This document shows, one piece after another, positions 32,101 through 45,925 of a stretch of 64,000 nucleotides of DNA. The stretch is from Auanema rhodensis (lineage: Eukaryota > Animalia > Nematoda). The stretch's first letter is position 1, and every line of letters begins with the position of its first letter. Made by a program: the position numbers and the translations under genes. A model generated the notes under the pieces. The model was not told where the DNA came from. It did no database searches and was given only the letters and a program-made list of their open reading frames with translations. Location of the stretch: contig OZ059899.1 of the NCBI GenBank assembly GCA_964057225.1, positions 7,936,001 through 8,000,000 of the forward strand. Reading direction: 5' to 3'.

Positions 32101-35100
32101 ACAATATCTTCAATAGTCAATGCATCTTACTTAGAAATAAGTTATATGATCTTTATTCTAACTATGTTTATTTGTTAGAATATTCACAAAAGTGAATATT
32201 TTTTCTTATTATAGAGCCTAAGGTCAATCAGGCCGCTCAGAATAAGGGGGGTGGGTTGTGGGCGGAGCTGAGGCCGGCTGTTGTGCCCGCCTCCATTTAG
32301 GAAGACCACGGCAGTTCTGATATGAGCTGGCAGATTTCTGTACGATATTGTTATTGTTAAAACAATGTCCTAATCAAATTTGAAAAAAAAGGTTTTGTTT
32401 AATCCAATAATGAGTTTACAAATTTTTATTGATTTATACTCATATTTCTTATTATTATAATTTTTTTGAAAGATGACTATGTCTTTTAATATGTTTAATT
32501 TAATTATTTCTTATTCATATTAGCTAACTTACATTTTTTTCCTATTTTATCATACATATTGAAAGATTAAGATCATGCTGAATGCGTAAAACGTGAAACT
32601 TCACGAATCAATGGCACATCTGATTCATTTCTTTCTAGTCACCGGCTATTCGTATGCCATTATGCCTTCACATCTGACGTCTTTCTTGCAAGCTTCATAC
32701 GGTTTTTTTGTCTCTGAGTTTCGTCTTCATCTTTTCTCTTCACTAAGTGTTTGCCTCTCTGCCTGGCAAGCGAAATGTGAGCCTCCGGGAGTAGGACATC
32801 TGGAAGGAATGCCCTTCTCCTTTATGGTTAGGCAAATGGACGCTGAGATGAAGATGAAGTTACTGCTTCTTCCAGATGACACTCACTCCACCATACTTTT
32901 CGTTTTATCTCTTTACTTTATATTTCTGTACTTTCTGCCTTCTTTGTTCTCGAAATGATTCATTTTCTTTTTTTTATTTCATTCAATGGATTTATAAGCT
33001 CGTATGTTCACGTCACACGTGAAACTTCCTTAAATGCTTCACTCCTCTTCATTTTTCTGATAAGAACGGTTGTATTTTTCTATTTCTCCTCTTTTTTTAT
33101 GTATTCATTCATATAATCTATACACATGATATACGAACCTATTCACCAAACAAGATTTTTCATACAGGAAACTACTGAACCCTTCAGGGGTTTGGTATCA
33201 GATGCCAGAAGTTAGGCTTGTTGCATGTTAGTAGACTCATGCACTGGCCATATACTTGCTGATGATACTTTCTTTTTCTCTCTTACTTTCTTTCTTTCTT
33301 TCTCTAATTCTATATAAACAGCTCTTTATCATTCAATCTTTCTCTATATCATTCTTTACCAAGTGTTTTCTTTTTTTGGGTCCGCTTTCGCTGGCACTTG
33401 GAAAACTTGATATCTTTCATTTCTTTCTCTTCCTTCCTTTCTTAGTGTCTGAATTGACGAAAAGGAAAGGGATGATAAATCTCGGTGTAGGTCTTCCGAC
33501 AGCCGGAGGTTGGCAAGTTTTCTCTGTTTCTTATTCCAATCTCATTGATGTTTATGTTCTATTGGCGCGGCTAAAAGATCTGCTTCTTCTGTTGCCATTC
33601 AGGAACGGGTCGAAGACCGTTTTTCACCTAATAACGATGATGTTCACGTGACGTCTATCTTCTATCCGTTTATATGGTCTGATACACCAGAATTTCATCA
33701 GATGTATTCTCCTCTCTCTTTCGTTCTTTCGCAGATTCCTCACATCTTCATGTAATCATACATGTATGTGTTTATATGTACGCCTATCGTCTACAATGTG
33801 GCGACGTTGAAGACACTACCAACGACGACGACGTGCCAGCCTCGTGCTCGTATCACCTGGTTGGCCATTTTCCATATAACGTCTTTTGAACTGCCTCTAT
33901 ATAGTAAATAGAAATAGTAGTATCTATTGCCGCTGTCTCTCTCAGTCATCGTCTCTTTTCTTCAGCCCTCGATGTTTTGAGGGGTAGGGGTTAGATACAA
34001 GTTTGTTAAAGTTTCAAATGAGCAACCTGTTTCTTAAGCAAGCATGCCAACTAACGCCTCCACAGACCTGACGAAGCTGTTTTCAGAAGTAATCAGTAGT
34101 TCAGCAAGTGAAACATCATAATTTTCAATCATAATAGTCTATTACTATTGATTATAATTATTTTTTCCAGAGATTCTATTATTATCACTAACTATCATAT
34201 ATATATATTTCTGATATATAATATATGCTTATAACTTTTCTCGATTATACGCTTCAACACGTTCTAACAGATCATTTGTACCACAATTCCTTCAGATATA
34301 GTTCAAGACGAGTATCGTCGCTATTTTTTGTCTTTGGGCTTTCAATATCATCAAACGGCCAAGTAGGACCATATGATATAGTTAGAGTGAAGTGAGAGGA
34401 AGGCCTAGAGAGCATTAATATGAAGCGAAAACTGAGTAGAGCTAGAAGAGTATAAATGTGAAAAAGAGAGGCGAAGCTATAAAGATATATATAGGAAGAA
34501 AAAGATGAAGATCTACGTTATAAATGATAGAAAGAGAGAAAAATGACGGAGGATGTTCTGGGGGTATAGCTTAAGAATTTACGGAAAAAAGTCCGGAGAA
34601 GCTTTCCTAGATAGCAAATGCCGGCCAAAGAGGACACAGCTTATAAGTTTGATGAAACAAGCTTGACGGTATGTGCTAGCCAGCCATGTTTTTGGCAAAG
34701 AGAAAGCGCCTTGTTCGGATCAAGTTCTAATAGTTGACTACAAGCAATGACTAAATCGGGTTATATGCTGCCAAAAGTGAAAGCAAAGATGTCGAACTAA
34801 AGTGATGATAGAATAAAAAGAAAGAGAGAGAGAGGAAGCACAAAATGAAAAATCTCCAATAGATGTTTTCAGCTTAGATGATGCCTAAGTTTCATTCATT
34901 CAGATATGTTGTCGAATATAAACTTATCTATCAATCTGTTGTGCAAATTTTTTCATTTTCAATTAAGAAATTCAAATTTTGTAAGAAATACTGTATAAAG
35001 AATGACAATTATCTTTAATTATTAACATATGTTGCTCATTCTTAAACATATTTTTATTGAACACATGCATATCTTCCATTCCTAATTAGTTTATTTTCTA

Positions 35101-37417
35101 TTTTTATTTTAAGAATTAATCCGCTTCTTCCCTCTCATCATGTTTCAGTAAACGTTAAGTGAAACCTCTTTCATTTGAAAAAGCATCGACAAAACGATTG
35201 AGTGGCTAGGTTGATCTAGATGGTGAAAAGAAAAGTTAGAACATAGCCGCCTGAATCACAAAAACCTAGGAAACTATCCGTGTAGCTATTAGAAGCGTGA
35301 CATTTCTGTCGTTTTGCTTTGGCGTATATAGCTAACTTAGGAAGTTTTCTGATGACGATGCAATATCTTCGCTTTCAGCATGTTCTAAAACCTAACGATA
35401 TATTGTTTCTTTCTACACTAATCATCATTATTAGAATCTGAGTGATCATGTGTTTTCGATTCTCAAAATCTATGTTTACTAGATGTAAATTCTCTTTTAT
35501 TTATCATAAGTATTAATTTGATATTCTCTATCCTTTCTTCATAGTTTTTTTTATCTTAAATTTGCCATCCAAATCTTATTCCTATATCACTTTTCTTCTC
35601 CTTTTTTCACTTTCAAATCAGCAAAATCATCAGAAATACCAGCTTTTATTCAGACATTAATCCACAGCATTATGCTTGTATTCGTCAGAGACAGATTTAT
35701 CCGTCATAATGCATCTTTTCTCATTATTTTCAAAATAATTTCACTTTCTTATAACATTTCATTAATTTGAATTTCAAATATACTTTTATCTTTTCTAAAA
35801 TGATATTATATTACCACATGTTATTCCATATTTCATATGTTGTTATCAGACAGTTTTTTTTCTTATAACCTCTCCCCCTCTCTTTTCTCTTTTCCATTTG
35901 ACTGTCCTTTCTTTCAAAACTCAATGTTCTTTTGAGAATTCATAAACCCTTAGTTCATATAGTATGAAACAGGACGACGAAATGGTCAAAGTTAATCAAT
36001 TGACCAATTTGTTTTGCTTGTAACTTTAGCGTCTTGTCATCAATGCCAATTACTTTTTGAAGAATTGACGCTGATGACTTAGACGATTCGCTCTCTTTGT
36101 CGTCTTCGTGGTCCTGATAGCATTGATTACCTCACTTGTTAAGGAGCAAAAGTTTATTTTTTCTAATATCTCTTTGTAATATCCTTGATTAACTTTCTTT
36201 GATTCATTGATATTTATATTTTCCTTTAGTTCCTTTCAATTGATCTAAAATACATTATCAATTAGTTGTAACATCTCCGAGAATACTATTTTCTTTTCCA
36301 TTTAACAAAATATCAAATGCTCATTTTTGATCCTGATTTGTGTATGACTGCACGTGGTTGCCAACGTCATCTTAAGGTGATTGGGCAAAAGGGCTTCCCC
36401 GAAGCTTTTCTCCCCCGCAGCATTGTACGATGGCTAGAAGTCGGACGTATTACAACTTGGAATGATATCATTCACCATGGGCTTCTTCTTCATCTTCTCA
36501 CCTGCTCCGTTCTGAACCGTCGTTCTTTTTCAATTAGAAAGCTTTGTAATCCAGAAAACATTCTTTTCTCTTGTTTCTCTTTCTTTCCGTGTAATATATC
36601 TATCTCTTTCTCTTTTCCTTCTTTTATTGTTTGTCATTCTGTCTGATCATCTGCATACAAACTTATTCAGAAGATCATTAATCGAATTCATGATGTCATC
36701 ACGTAGCTAAGTTAACTATAATGTATTTTATTACTATATCATAATCATTAACTCTGTTTTCTCTATCATTCCCAATACGTACTGACTATCCTGTTCGCGA
36801 CTGTTTCAATACTTTCAAACTGCCGATGTCATAGATCATACAGCTCTTTCTCTTTACCAAAAAGTTCTTTCCTTCTTTCTTTACTTCTGATCCAGTCTGG
36901 CCTTCTGTAACGCCAATTCAGAAGCAGTTCTGGCACTTTGATGTCTTTAACGACGTTCAGGTTGAAGGAGCTGATAGAGTCGTAAGAAGTGTGCTGGTAA
37001 GGAGATAGTGACGGCGTTGCTGGTAGTAAGACAACCGGGAAGCAGTCATCACGATCACCAGTACAGCAACGACGACACCATCATCACGTAAAGACAACGA
37101 CATCGACGATGAAGAAGTTGATGAAAAAGTGTGAGAGATAGAGAGCGAAAAGAAGAATAGAAGACACATTCCATTTTCGTTACCGCCAACAGCAGCAAGC
37201 CTGCAAAGACCTACCCATGGACTCTCCGCCTTGTCTCTCCAAGTCTTTTACGCTTCTCTGTCTGTGATATTTCCTGTTGTCAAACAAACTGGTTTTCTGC
37301 CAATGATAACCTAAGTAGACACTTTACCCATACACACGTTCCTCTAATTGAAATGAAATCAATAACAGTCTCAATCTGTTTCAGCTCATTTTATACCTTT
37401 CTCATCCTCTCTCCCTA

Positions 37418-37500
37418 TCTTTCTCTTTCTCTCTCTCTTCATCTCTCTTTCTCTCTCTCCTTCTTTCTCTTCTTCTCTCTCTCCTTCTCTCTCTCTCTTC
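37418..37500. repeat. Imperfect (CT)n polypyrimidine tract just upstream of the zinc-finger gene
   Basis: About 80 nt almost entirely C/T with repeated ctctct units. Confidence 0.75.
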
Positions 37501-37832
37501 TGGGCACTTTGTTCATTACCTCTTACTTCCATGTTTTTTCTCCATCATCATTACCATTTTCTCTTTATTCTACTTCTTTTTTTGATAAGGTATATTAATA
37601 ATTTTTTTGTTTTTTTTAAATCATACATTCTTAACTATAACGTATTTTATTGGTTTTCTATACTTTTTTTCCCAATAATTAATATTCTTCTCTTTCAGGA
37701 AGGCTTTCTGCTTATCTAACGCCGTGGATGAATAGCCGTGTACTGTAGCTTTAGTCGTCAATAGGAAAACCACAAAAAGCAGACCTCAAACTAACTTTAA
37801 CTGAAATAAAATTCAAAAACGAGAAAAGAAGC

Positions 37833-40800
37833 ATGGAAGTTCAAACCCAGCTTCTCCATCACAATCCTTATGATATTGTAAAATCTGAGCCGGTTGTTGA
37901 TTCTCCTCCTAAGCTCTTGGAACGTAAGAACTCAAGTAAGTTATCCTTCCTCATTCATATTTTTCAAATATTTTTTAAACAAATGACCTATTGAAAATCA
38001 ATTCTTTTCAACAAAATGAAGGGAAAACCTAAAAACTTATGTCAAAATATGACATTCATGTTAGAGCCACTATGAAGTTTAGAAAAATTTTCTTTTACAT
38101 TCTCGTATGAAAACAATTTTTCGACCACCTGAGAACATTTTTAAACTGTAAAAATCTTATATATGAGTTGTTTCATTGAATCTTTGAAGATACTTTAAAT
38201 TGATTTCATGTGCACAGGCTAATAAGACTTCAACAAGCTTGTTCACAGTATCTTTCCTCCTTCTCTTTCTTCATTTCTCTATGTTTGACTGAACCATCGT
38301 AGAACGAGAACTTGTTTCCTTCTACCTCTCTTTCTAGGGAGTCAGAGAGCATTCTACTTAAAGCTCGTGGCAGATTTTGATGAATGAAGACACCTGTCAG
38401 CCATTTGATCACACGCGCCTGCCCTCTGCTCTCTCATCCATTCTAGAAGGATAAGAGATAAAAGCAAAAGTAAAAGAGAAGCAATAGCAAGAGAGAATAG
38501 TGGCCGAGATCGAGAGATATAGATAAAAGCAGAGCGGAATAGAGACGTTTTGAAGCAGAAACAGATATCGGGTGAAGACGGAAGACCTCAGGAATGAGAT
38601 GAGCTCAACCAGCCGACAGGCGGACAGACGGATCTCCAGGATGAATTTTCGTTTCTCCTGTCGGTGCCTGTTCTCAGATGGATTGAACTGCCAGCAGAAG
38701 CATCGTTCTTGAGATGCCAACAAATCTGAACTTTTGAGTTGTTGAAGTCAGGAGGGGGGAAGGGGTTAAGATTTTTATAAAAAAATATAAAAACTTAAAT
38801 AAAAATGAAAAACAATAAAACAAATGAAGAATGTTCATATAATATTAATATTTTTCAGTATGCCCATCTTCGGATATGATTTTTGGAGTTTCGAACTTCA
38901 TTCCAAATAATTTCTGTGCTAACAACAACAGTAATCCTACAACAAACAACAACAACAATGATCATTTGGCCAATAATAATAACAACAACAATACTAATAA
39001 CAATAATGTTAAATTGCCCAATGGTAAGTGATTATTTCATCGTAAAAGTACATGAAAAGGAATTTTTGATTCAGGAAGAAGCTTGGCAGCTGACCGTAAG
39101 AGGCCATATCCATGTAACCTTTGCCCCTCACGATTTGGAAGCAAAATGGAATTGGAAGAACATCAAAACAGTCATACTGGAATGAAGCCATTTGAATGTG
39201 ATGTAAGTTTATTTCTATATAAACATAAGCTTAAGCTTCATCATAGGTATGCAAAGCTCGATTCAATCGACGATCAACCTTATGGAACCACAAGAGAATT
39301 CACTCTGATGCAAAACCATTTGTATGCACTGTCTGCCAAATGACGTTCAAATGGAAGAACAGTTTGAAGGTAACAAAATAATTTAAATATTTGAAAAACA
39401 AGCAAAAATTTATTTTTTTTCTATTAAAGTTAATTCTTAATTAATTCTACTGAATAGTAAGTTAAAATATTGTAATGTGTATGTGTTGTTAGTACAGTTT
39501 CAAACAATTATTTTATTCTTCAAATTCTTTTAAAAATATTTGAAATCATTTAAAAATTTTTTAGTGCCACAAGGAAATGCATCTCCGAAAAAATGAGTCT
39601 TCAGCTCACTTAGATAATGATCTCAGACAACTGACTTATGCAACAGCAGCTAAACGAAGATTGGTAAGTCTTCTTGTAGTTTTTTTCTATTTTAAAATGA
39701 ATAAAAAAATATTTTATAATATAATTGATTTTAGTTACAAGAACAAGAAAATGGAGGAAATGCTGCAACATCATGCGCGAATTCTATTCATAGCCAGCCT
39801 CTCATTACCACAACTACACCGAAAAAGAAGAACAAGGTAAAATTTATTTTGTTAAAGTTGTTTTGTTTATAAACTATTGTATATAAGATATTTTGAAAAT
39901 ATAATTTATAATATAATAATTATTTTGTTTTCAGTCAAATGCTCATAATAATTTGTCCAATGTTCACGTCAATAACATTCAACAACCATTGCAAGCTGTA
40001 AGTTTAAGCTGAAAGTTCATAATAACGTTTTTTCAATTTGCAGAGTGCTTTGATTCCTCCATCAGATCATTCGTTGGATATTGATTCATCATCCCTGGAC
40101 ACATTAGTTGGAGGACATCAAGGAAATTTGTTCCTTCATATGTATGGGTGAGTAAATAATATTTACAATTATAATTATAGATAATCAATTATTTCAGTGA
40201 TGTTCCATTCCTTGGAGATGTTGATTCACGTCATCCCATGCTCTCAGGCCTTGATGATCCATCAATGCTAAGTTCACAAATTAACTCCGACAAGTCTGAT
40301 GTAAGAACAACTTTTTTTTTGAAAAATATATATAAATGAATAATTAAATTTTAAATCTTAATATTTTCATATTTTAGTCTCCAATGGGTACAACCACAGC
40401 ACCTATCAATGTACATTTGCCCATGCAGATAAATATGTTCAACTTCCGACCGGTTCAACCTCAATTGGTCAGTTAATTTGAAAAAAAGTTTCTTTTATAA
40501 AACTTAATGTTTCAGCCTTCTGTTCATCATTTAACGTCAACCTCATTGTCATTAGACTATTCTGGTCAACCTACAGAAAACAGCTTAGGTCATCCACAGT
40601 ATATTGTGGCTGCTCAACCAGATATGATGATCTCTCAACACAGTCTTGGATATCCCCAACCGGTTAGTTTTCAAATTTCAATTATTATAATAATAATTAT
40701 GTTAATTTATATAGTATATTTAATTATTTTTTAGTTGGATCAATGCGTTAACTCAATTTTGGTAGCAGGACAGGATTACGTGCCGAACTTTGATTATCAA

Positions 40801-40980
40801 ATGTTATCAAGCAATTATCCTATGCAACCCAACGATGTTGATGATCAACAAGGGCAGCAACGCGTGCCTCCTCCTGATCAGAGCCATCAGGGCCGGACCC
40901 AGGCTCCCAATGTTCTAGGACAGCAACAACGTTCTGACGAGCTTATCGATGAGAAAGTGCTGCCGTACGAACAATGGTGA
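37833..40980 (+). CDS. pat-9: Three-finger C2H2 zinc-finger transcription factor, likely ortholog of C. elegans PAT-9 (muscle attachment regulator)
   Basis: Spliced frame: MEVQTQLLHHNPYDIVKSEP.., GRSLAADRKRPYPCNLCPSRFGSKMELEEHQNSHTGMKPFECDVCKARFNRRSTLWNHKRIHSDAKPFVCTVCQMTFKWKNSLKCHKEMHLRKNESSAHLDNDLRQLTYATAAKRR, later LPMQINMFNFR, ending PYEQW* (TGA 40978-40980). The three C2H2 fingers are directly visible; the PAT-9 assignment is from recalled sequence. Confidence 0.88.
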
Positions 40981-41664
40981 ACCGATTCCTAAGAAGCATC
41001 GTTCCACTCGCAGACAGGATGATAGCTTCTGAACTCTTTGGTTCAATCTCATCAATACTCTACGTTTCCTCCATGTTTGGCTATTCCAACATTTCATCAG
41101 TAACTGATGTCTCTCTATTACTGTGTTTCAGCAAATCTAATCAGTATTAAACCATTTAAACTTAATTATCATGTACACGTCCTTTCCGAATCTGTTCAGT
41201 TGATCTTCTGCACTCCATGATGATTTTTTGTTTTTGTTTGTTTTTCTTTTATCCGCCAAAGATTTCATTCATTTCTAGTTTCTAAACACATAATATCTTG
41301 CTCAAATCATAATTTAACCTGCCCGAACTTGGATAGAGTGCAGCCGGTTCTAGGGTTACCGGAAATCTTTCCAAAACTTTACGTTCAGTTTTCCCGATTA
41401 TCCTCATCCACGTGAATTGATCGTGCCATGCCTGTATGTAGTATATTCTCTCCACGTTTAATCTCTTCCTATTACCTAAGCTTTTACGCTGTTTCAATCG
41501 TTATTAGAGATTTTTCAATATGGTTACTTCTGATTCAAGTAGCTTACTCTTTGACGTTTGTAAACTTATATTTTTATTGTTTTCTTTCAAAGCCGTGACA
41601 AGACTATTCTAGTTCCTCCTATTTTATCAAAACTACTGATATTTCTCGCTCTATTTCTCTCTTC

Positions 41665-41690
41665 CTCTCTCTCTCTCTCTCTCTCTCTCT
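41665..41690. repeat. (CT)13 microsatellite in the putative pat-9 3' UTR
   Basis: Perfect ct dinucleotide run. Confidence 0.9.
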
Positions 41691-42544
41691 TGCTCCCTCT
41701 CTCTACAGCAAACCGATCATGATGGATCTCCCCTTCCATTTTTTATTGGTTATATATAATATATGTATATTAGAAATTTTTTCTTAATTATATCGAAATA
41801 AGACAGAAAGTTCTGTATACTTTTCTCTTTCGGATGTCTTCTGGTGTTTAATCATAATTGAGCCATACATAGATTTTTGCCTTTCTCTCTATATGACCCA
41901 ACTATTTCGGGTCCATCATATTCAATACAGCCTTTCAACATGTAACAATTGCCTTGAGATCAGTACAGATCGTCATCATTCATGAAAATTTCTATATAAT
42001 TATAAATATCTATGTATAAATATATAAATGTTATACATAAAATATATAAATTTATCCCAAAATTTAACTTTGTATATGTACATTTGAGTAGTATTGTGTA
42101 TGTCTTAATTTAATTTTTTTTTATAATTCTCATGTTATCTTCGTTTAAGCAGATAACATTATTCTTTTTTTCCCCAGTCGTTTCCGGAAATCAATTGTGT
42201 TCCCAATATATTCCTTTCTTGTCTTGCTCAAAAATTATCGTTTTTTCTTGAAGAAATATAAATATCATTTAAATATAATGTATTATTTTAAAATATTAAA
42301 TAATTATATTAAAGAAATATTAATTAAACAAAAACCTTCAGAAGAATAATTTATTAGAAAATATTCACAGCATTTTATTATATAATTTTAATAAAATTGC
42401 AGAATGATATGATTATAGCACGGAAATTATAAAAAAAAACTGTCGTAAACAGTAACTCATTTCATATATTCAATACTAAAACTATATAGTTTGATTTTAA
42501 TTGCAATATGTAATAATCATTATCATAGTTGCAACATAATATTT

Positions 42545-44154
42545 CTATTTCCACATATTTTGCAAATCTCTAAAATGATTTTTTGTATTTTCGACATGTG
42601 CTTCTGGCATAGAAGATGAGATTGTTTCTGTTTTTTTCTTCAAATATTTATCTCGTAATTTCCGATACATTCGTGCATTAAGTACGCAATACATAAATAG
42701 AATGGCACGATATATTGAAGCTGGCTGAAATAAGTTTGTGACTTTAAAGCATTAAAGTTAAATTTTTCTTGTTAAATAGGAATAATAATAGAAGCAAACT
42801 TACAATACTTTTGACAAGACTTATAGTTATGTAAGGCTCCTTCAAATATAATTTTTCAATTATAGTACGTGTGAAAATTAAAATAGATAATTGATACACC
42901 TAAAAGATGATTTAGAAAAATTAAATTTTTAATAATAAAATATGTGTTAAACATTAATTTATGTATTTATGCCATTCAATCAAATTTTATTAAAAAAGAT
43001 TTAAATTGATTTTATGTAAAAAATATTATTTCTCCTTTAAATAAATCAAAAAAGAAAGAATTAATATACTACTATGAACATTTTCTTTGAACATGATGTT
43101 TGGTTACTCTGTTAATTTGAGTATATACTACAAATACATACACAAAGTTGAATTATTCCATATAAATTAAAAAAATGGATTAGATATTTAATATAGAAAA
43201 AAAGAATTTCTCTTTTTATTTTATTTTAAAGAAAAAAAAAGAAGATATAGTTAACTTACTGTATGAACAATTTTCATAAAATATGCAGGAACAACATATT
43301 TAGTTGAAAACCAATTTTGTCTTAAATGATGTCGCTTAGATAATGGTATCATTGAATGATGTCGTTTATTATATTGCCATCGATTATAATGCATTAAAGA
43401 AAGAACAGCCTTTAAAATATTTGTATTATTTTTTAAAAAATTGAAAATAATTCTTACAAATGTTTCAAATATAACAGCACTTAATTCTAATATAAAACCA
43501 ATTAATTCTAAAATAAAATAATATTTATATTAATCTTTGAATACATTACCTGATGGTTTAATAAATAAATAAAATAAGCTGAGTATAAAGACAACCTATA
43601 ATCAATTTTTTTAAAATATTTAATTTGTATATTTTCTTTTAATTACCACATAACTAGTTATACTATATAGTATATGATCTTTTTGAGTAAAATTTATATA
43701 TAAAGTTGTGAAAAAAGTCGCAATCATTCTATCAAATACTAACGTTATCCATCCAAGTTGTTCAACAAATGCTCCGAATTGTTGTATTGTGATCATCAAA
43801 GGCTATAAAAATTATTTTTATGAAAAGTCAAGTTTCCAAAATATTTTTAAACCATTGTAACATTATCATTTGATATATTATTTAATCCCAAAAAGACATA
43901 ATATAGTCTTTGTAGACATGCCATAAGATTTCCAACAACAATAATTTGTACATTTATCCTGTAAAAACAATAATTATCGAAAGTTTGAAAAGAAAAATTA
44001 AAAAAAAAAGATTTATTTACCTGTAAGTAAGACTGATAGCAGTATTAATAATAGTAAAAAGAGCCATAATTATAATAAAGAATAATGCAATTATATTGAT
44101 TACTAATTCTATGACATCACCAACTGTTTTCATTGTATGCCCATCTATTGACAT
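42545..44154 (-). CDS. Nematode serpentine chemoreceptor, Sra superfamily (sre/srab-like), 8 exons
   Basis: ATG 44154 MSIDGHTMKTVGDVIELVINIIALFFIIIMALF.. Multiple hydrophobic segments, TM3-end DRMIAT, C-terminal HFRDLQNMWK* (F..L...W tail typical of the superfamily). All introns GT-AG and in phase. Confidence 0.78.
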
Positions 44155-44756
44155 ATGTAACTGAAATTTAAAAAGGAATTTTAAATTAGAAGAATATAAA
44201 TGACAAAAAAAAGATTTTCTTAATTAGTCTATTAGAATCCTTGAAATAGATTTGCATTTTTTCTTTTTAAAATTCAATAGAACAGAATAGAATAGAATAT
44301 AGTATAATTTGAGTTTTATATATCAGAATTGTTCTTCGAAAGAATTTTTCCAAAAATGTTCGAATTTCAAAACTTCAAATGAAAAATTCATAATATTATC
44401 AGTTAGACGAAATATTTTTTTGGATTTTAAAAGAATATAGAGGAATGAGATCTTAGAAAAATATTTTTAAAGATATTTATGAAAAAATTCAAATCAAGCA
44501 TTCGTACATGTACATGATATAGTTGGGGATCAGAGGTTTTTCGATTTGACCATATTTTCAATGAAATGAAGATTCTTTAAATTTATTTCGATTACTGTAT
44601 TTACATAAAATAAAATAATATAATATTAAAAGAAAAAAATAATTTTTCTATAAATAATTTTAAAATATTTGAGAACAAAAAAAATTTTTTCAAGCATAGC
44701 TCATACATACAAATTAAATTTGAAAAAGTTTAGTATGAAACACCTACATGTATACA

Positions 44757-44761
<5 letters not shown>

Positions 44762-44793
<32 letters not shown>
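44762..44793. repeat. (AT)n microsatellite
   Basis: About 16 perfect at units. Confidence 0.9.
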
Positions 44794-44805
<12 letters not shown>

Positions 44806-45925
44806 TAAACAATATAACATCATATTTTAACAAAAAAAAATACAAAAAATTCTAATAAAATATTTTTCCTTTTTTAATTTTATAAACTTTTAATAAATAT
44901 TATTATTGAATGAAATATATTGCAAATGAATTTCTTTTTTTCATAAAACATATCATTTATAATTAAATACAAGATTTACGCATATTTAGTCATATAAATA
45001 CTTATGCGGACAAATAAAATAATTATTATATTTAATAAATTTATTTAAAGAAAACGATAAAGAAATACATACAAACATATACAATGTATGTACATCTCTT
45101 CATTTATAGATACACATGAAGATGACGCTATGAAAAAAAAAAGAGATTCTGGGGCGTGAGCAATAGATTTAACTCATGCATATTGAAGATAAAAAATTTT
45201 ATTCAAAATGTATTTTTTTTTAAATGTTGATATTTACTCTCATATTTTATATAATTCTAATATAGATATAAGTTTATTAGTTTATTAAGGAGATTTATAA
45301 TATATAAAGATAATTCTAAAATATGTTAACTATATTGTATATATTAATTGATTTTAAAAGAAAACAAAACCTAAAGATACATTTTTGAATATATACATAT
45401 GTATGAATGAAAATGAAGAGATTGAAGAATATCAATACATGTGTATGCATATTAAATAATATATTGTTAAAATAGAATATAAAGAAAGAGAGAAAATGCA
45501 CAGAAAATAAAAAAAAGATTTTAGATAAGGAATAAGATATATCTTATGTATATATATATATTTAATTATTATTATAAATTTATATATTTGTACTAATATT
45601 TAACTAATATAAGTATTATATACATATGTATACATATATATTTAAAACATTATGTTGTTTCTATTATATATATATGAACTATATTAAATGTATCTTCAAT
45701 TGAGACTAAAATTAGATTGTTTAAATACAAAATAAAAAATAAAATATAAAAAAAAGTTTTTGGAATAAATCATATTTTAAAAATTAAGGTTCACTATCAA
45801 AATGTTCATTCAATCAACAAATATAGCTACAATTAACTTTTATTATTTAACATTTTAATTAAAAATAAATAATATTGTTGTCAATAAATGTAAATTTCAA
45901 AACAATTATTCATAAGTATATTGAA

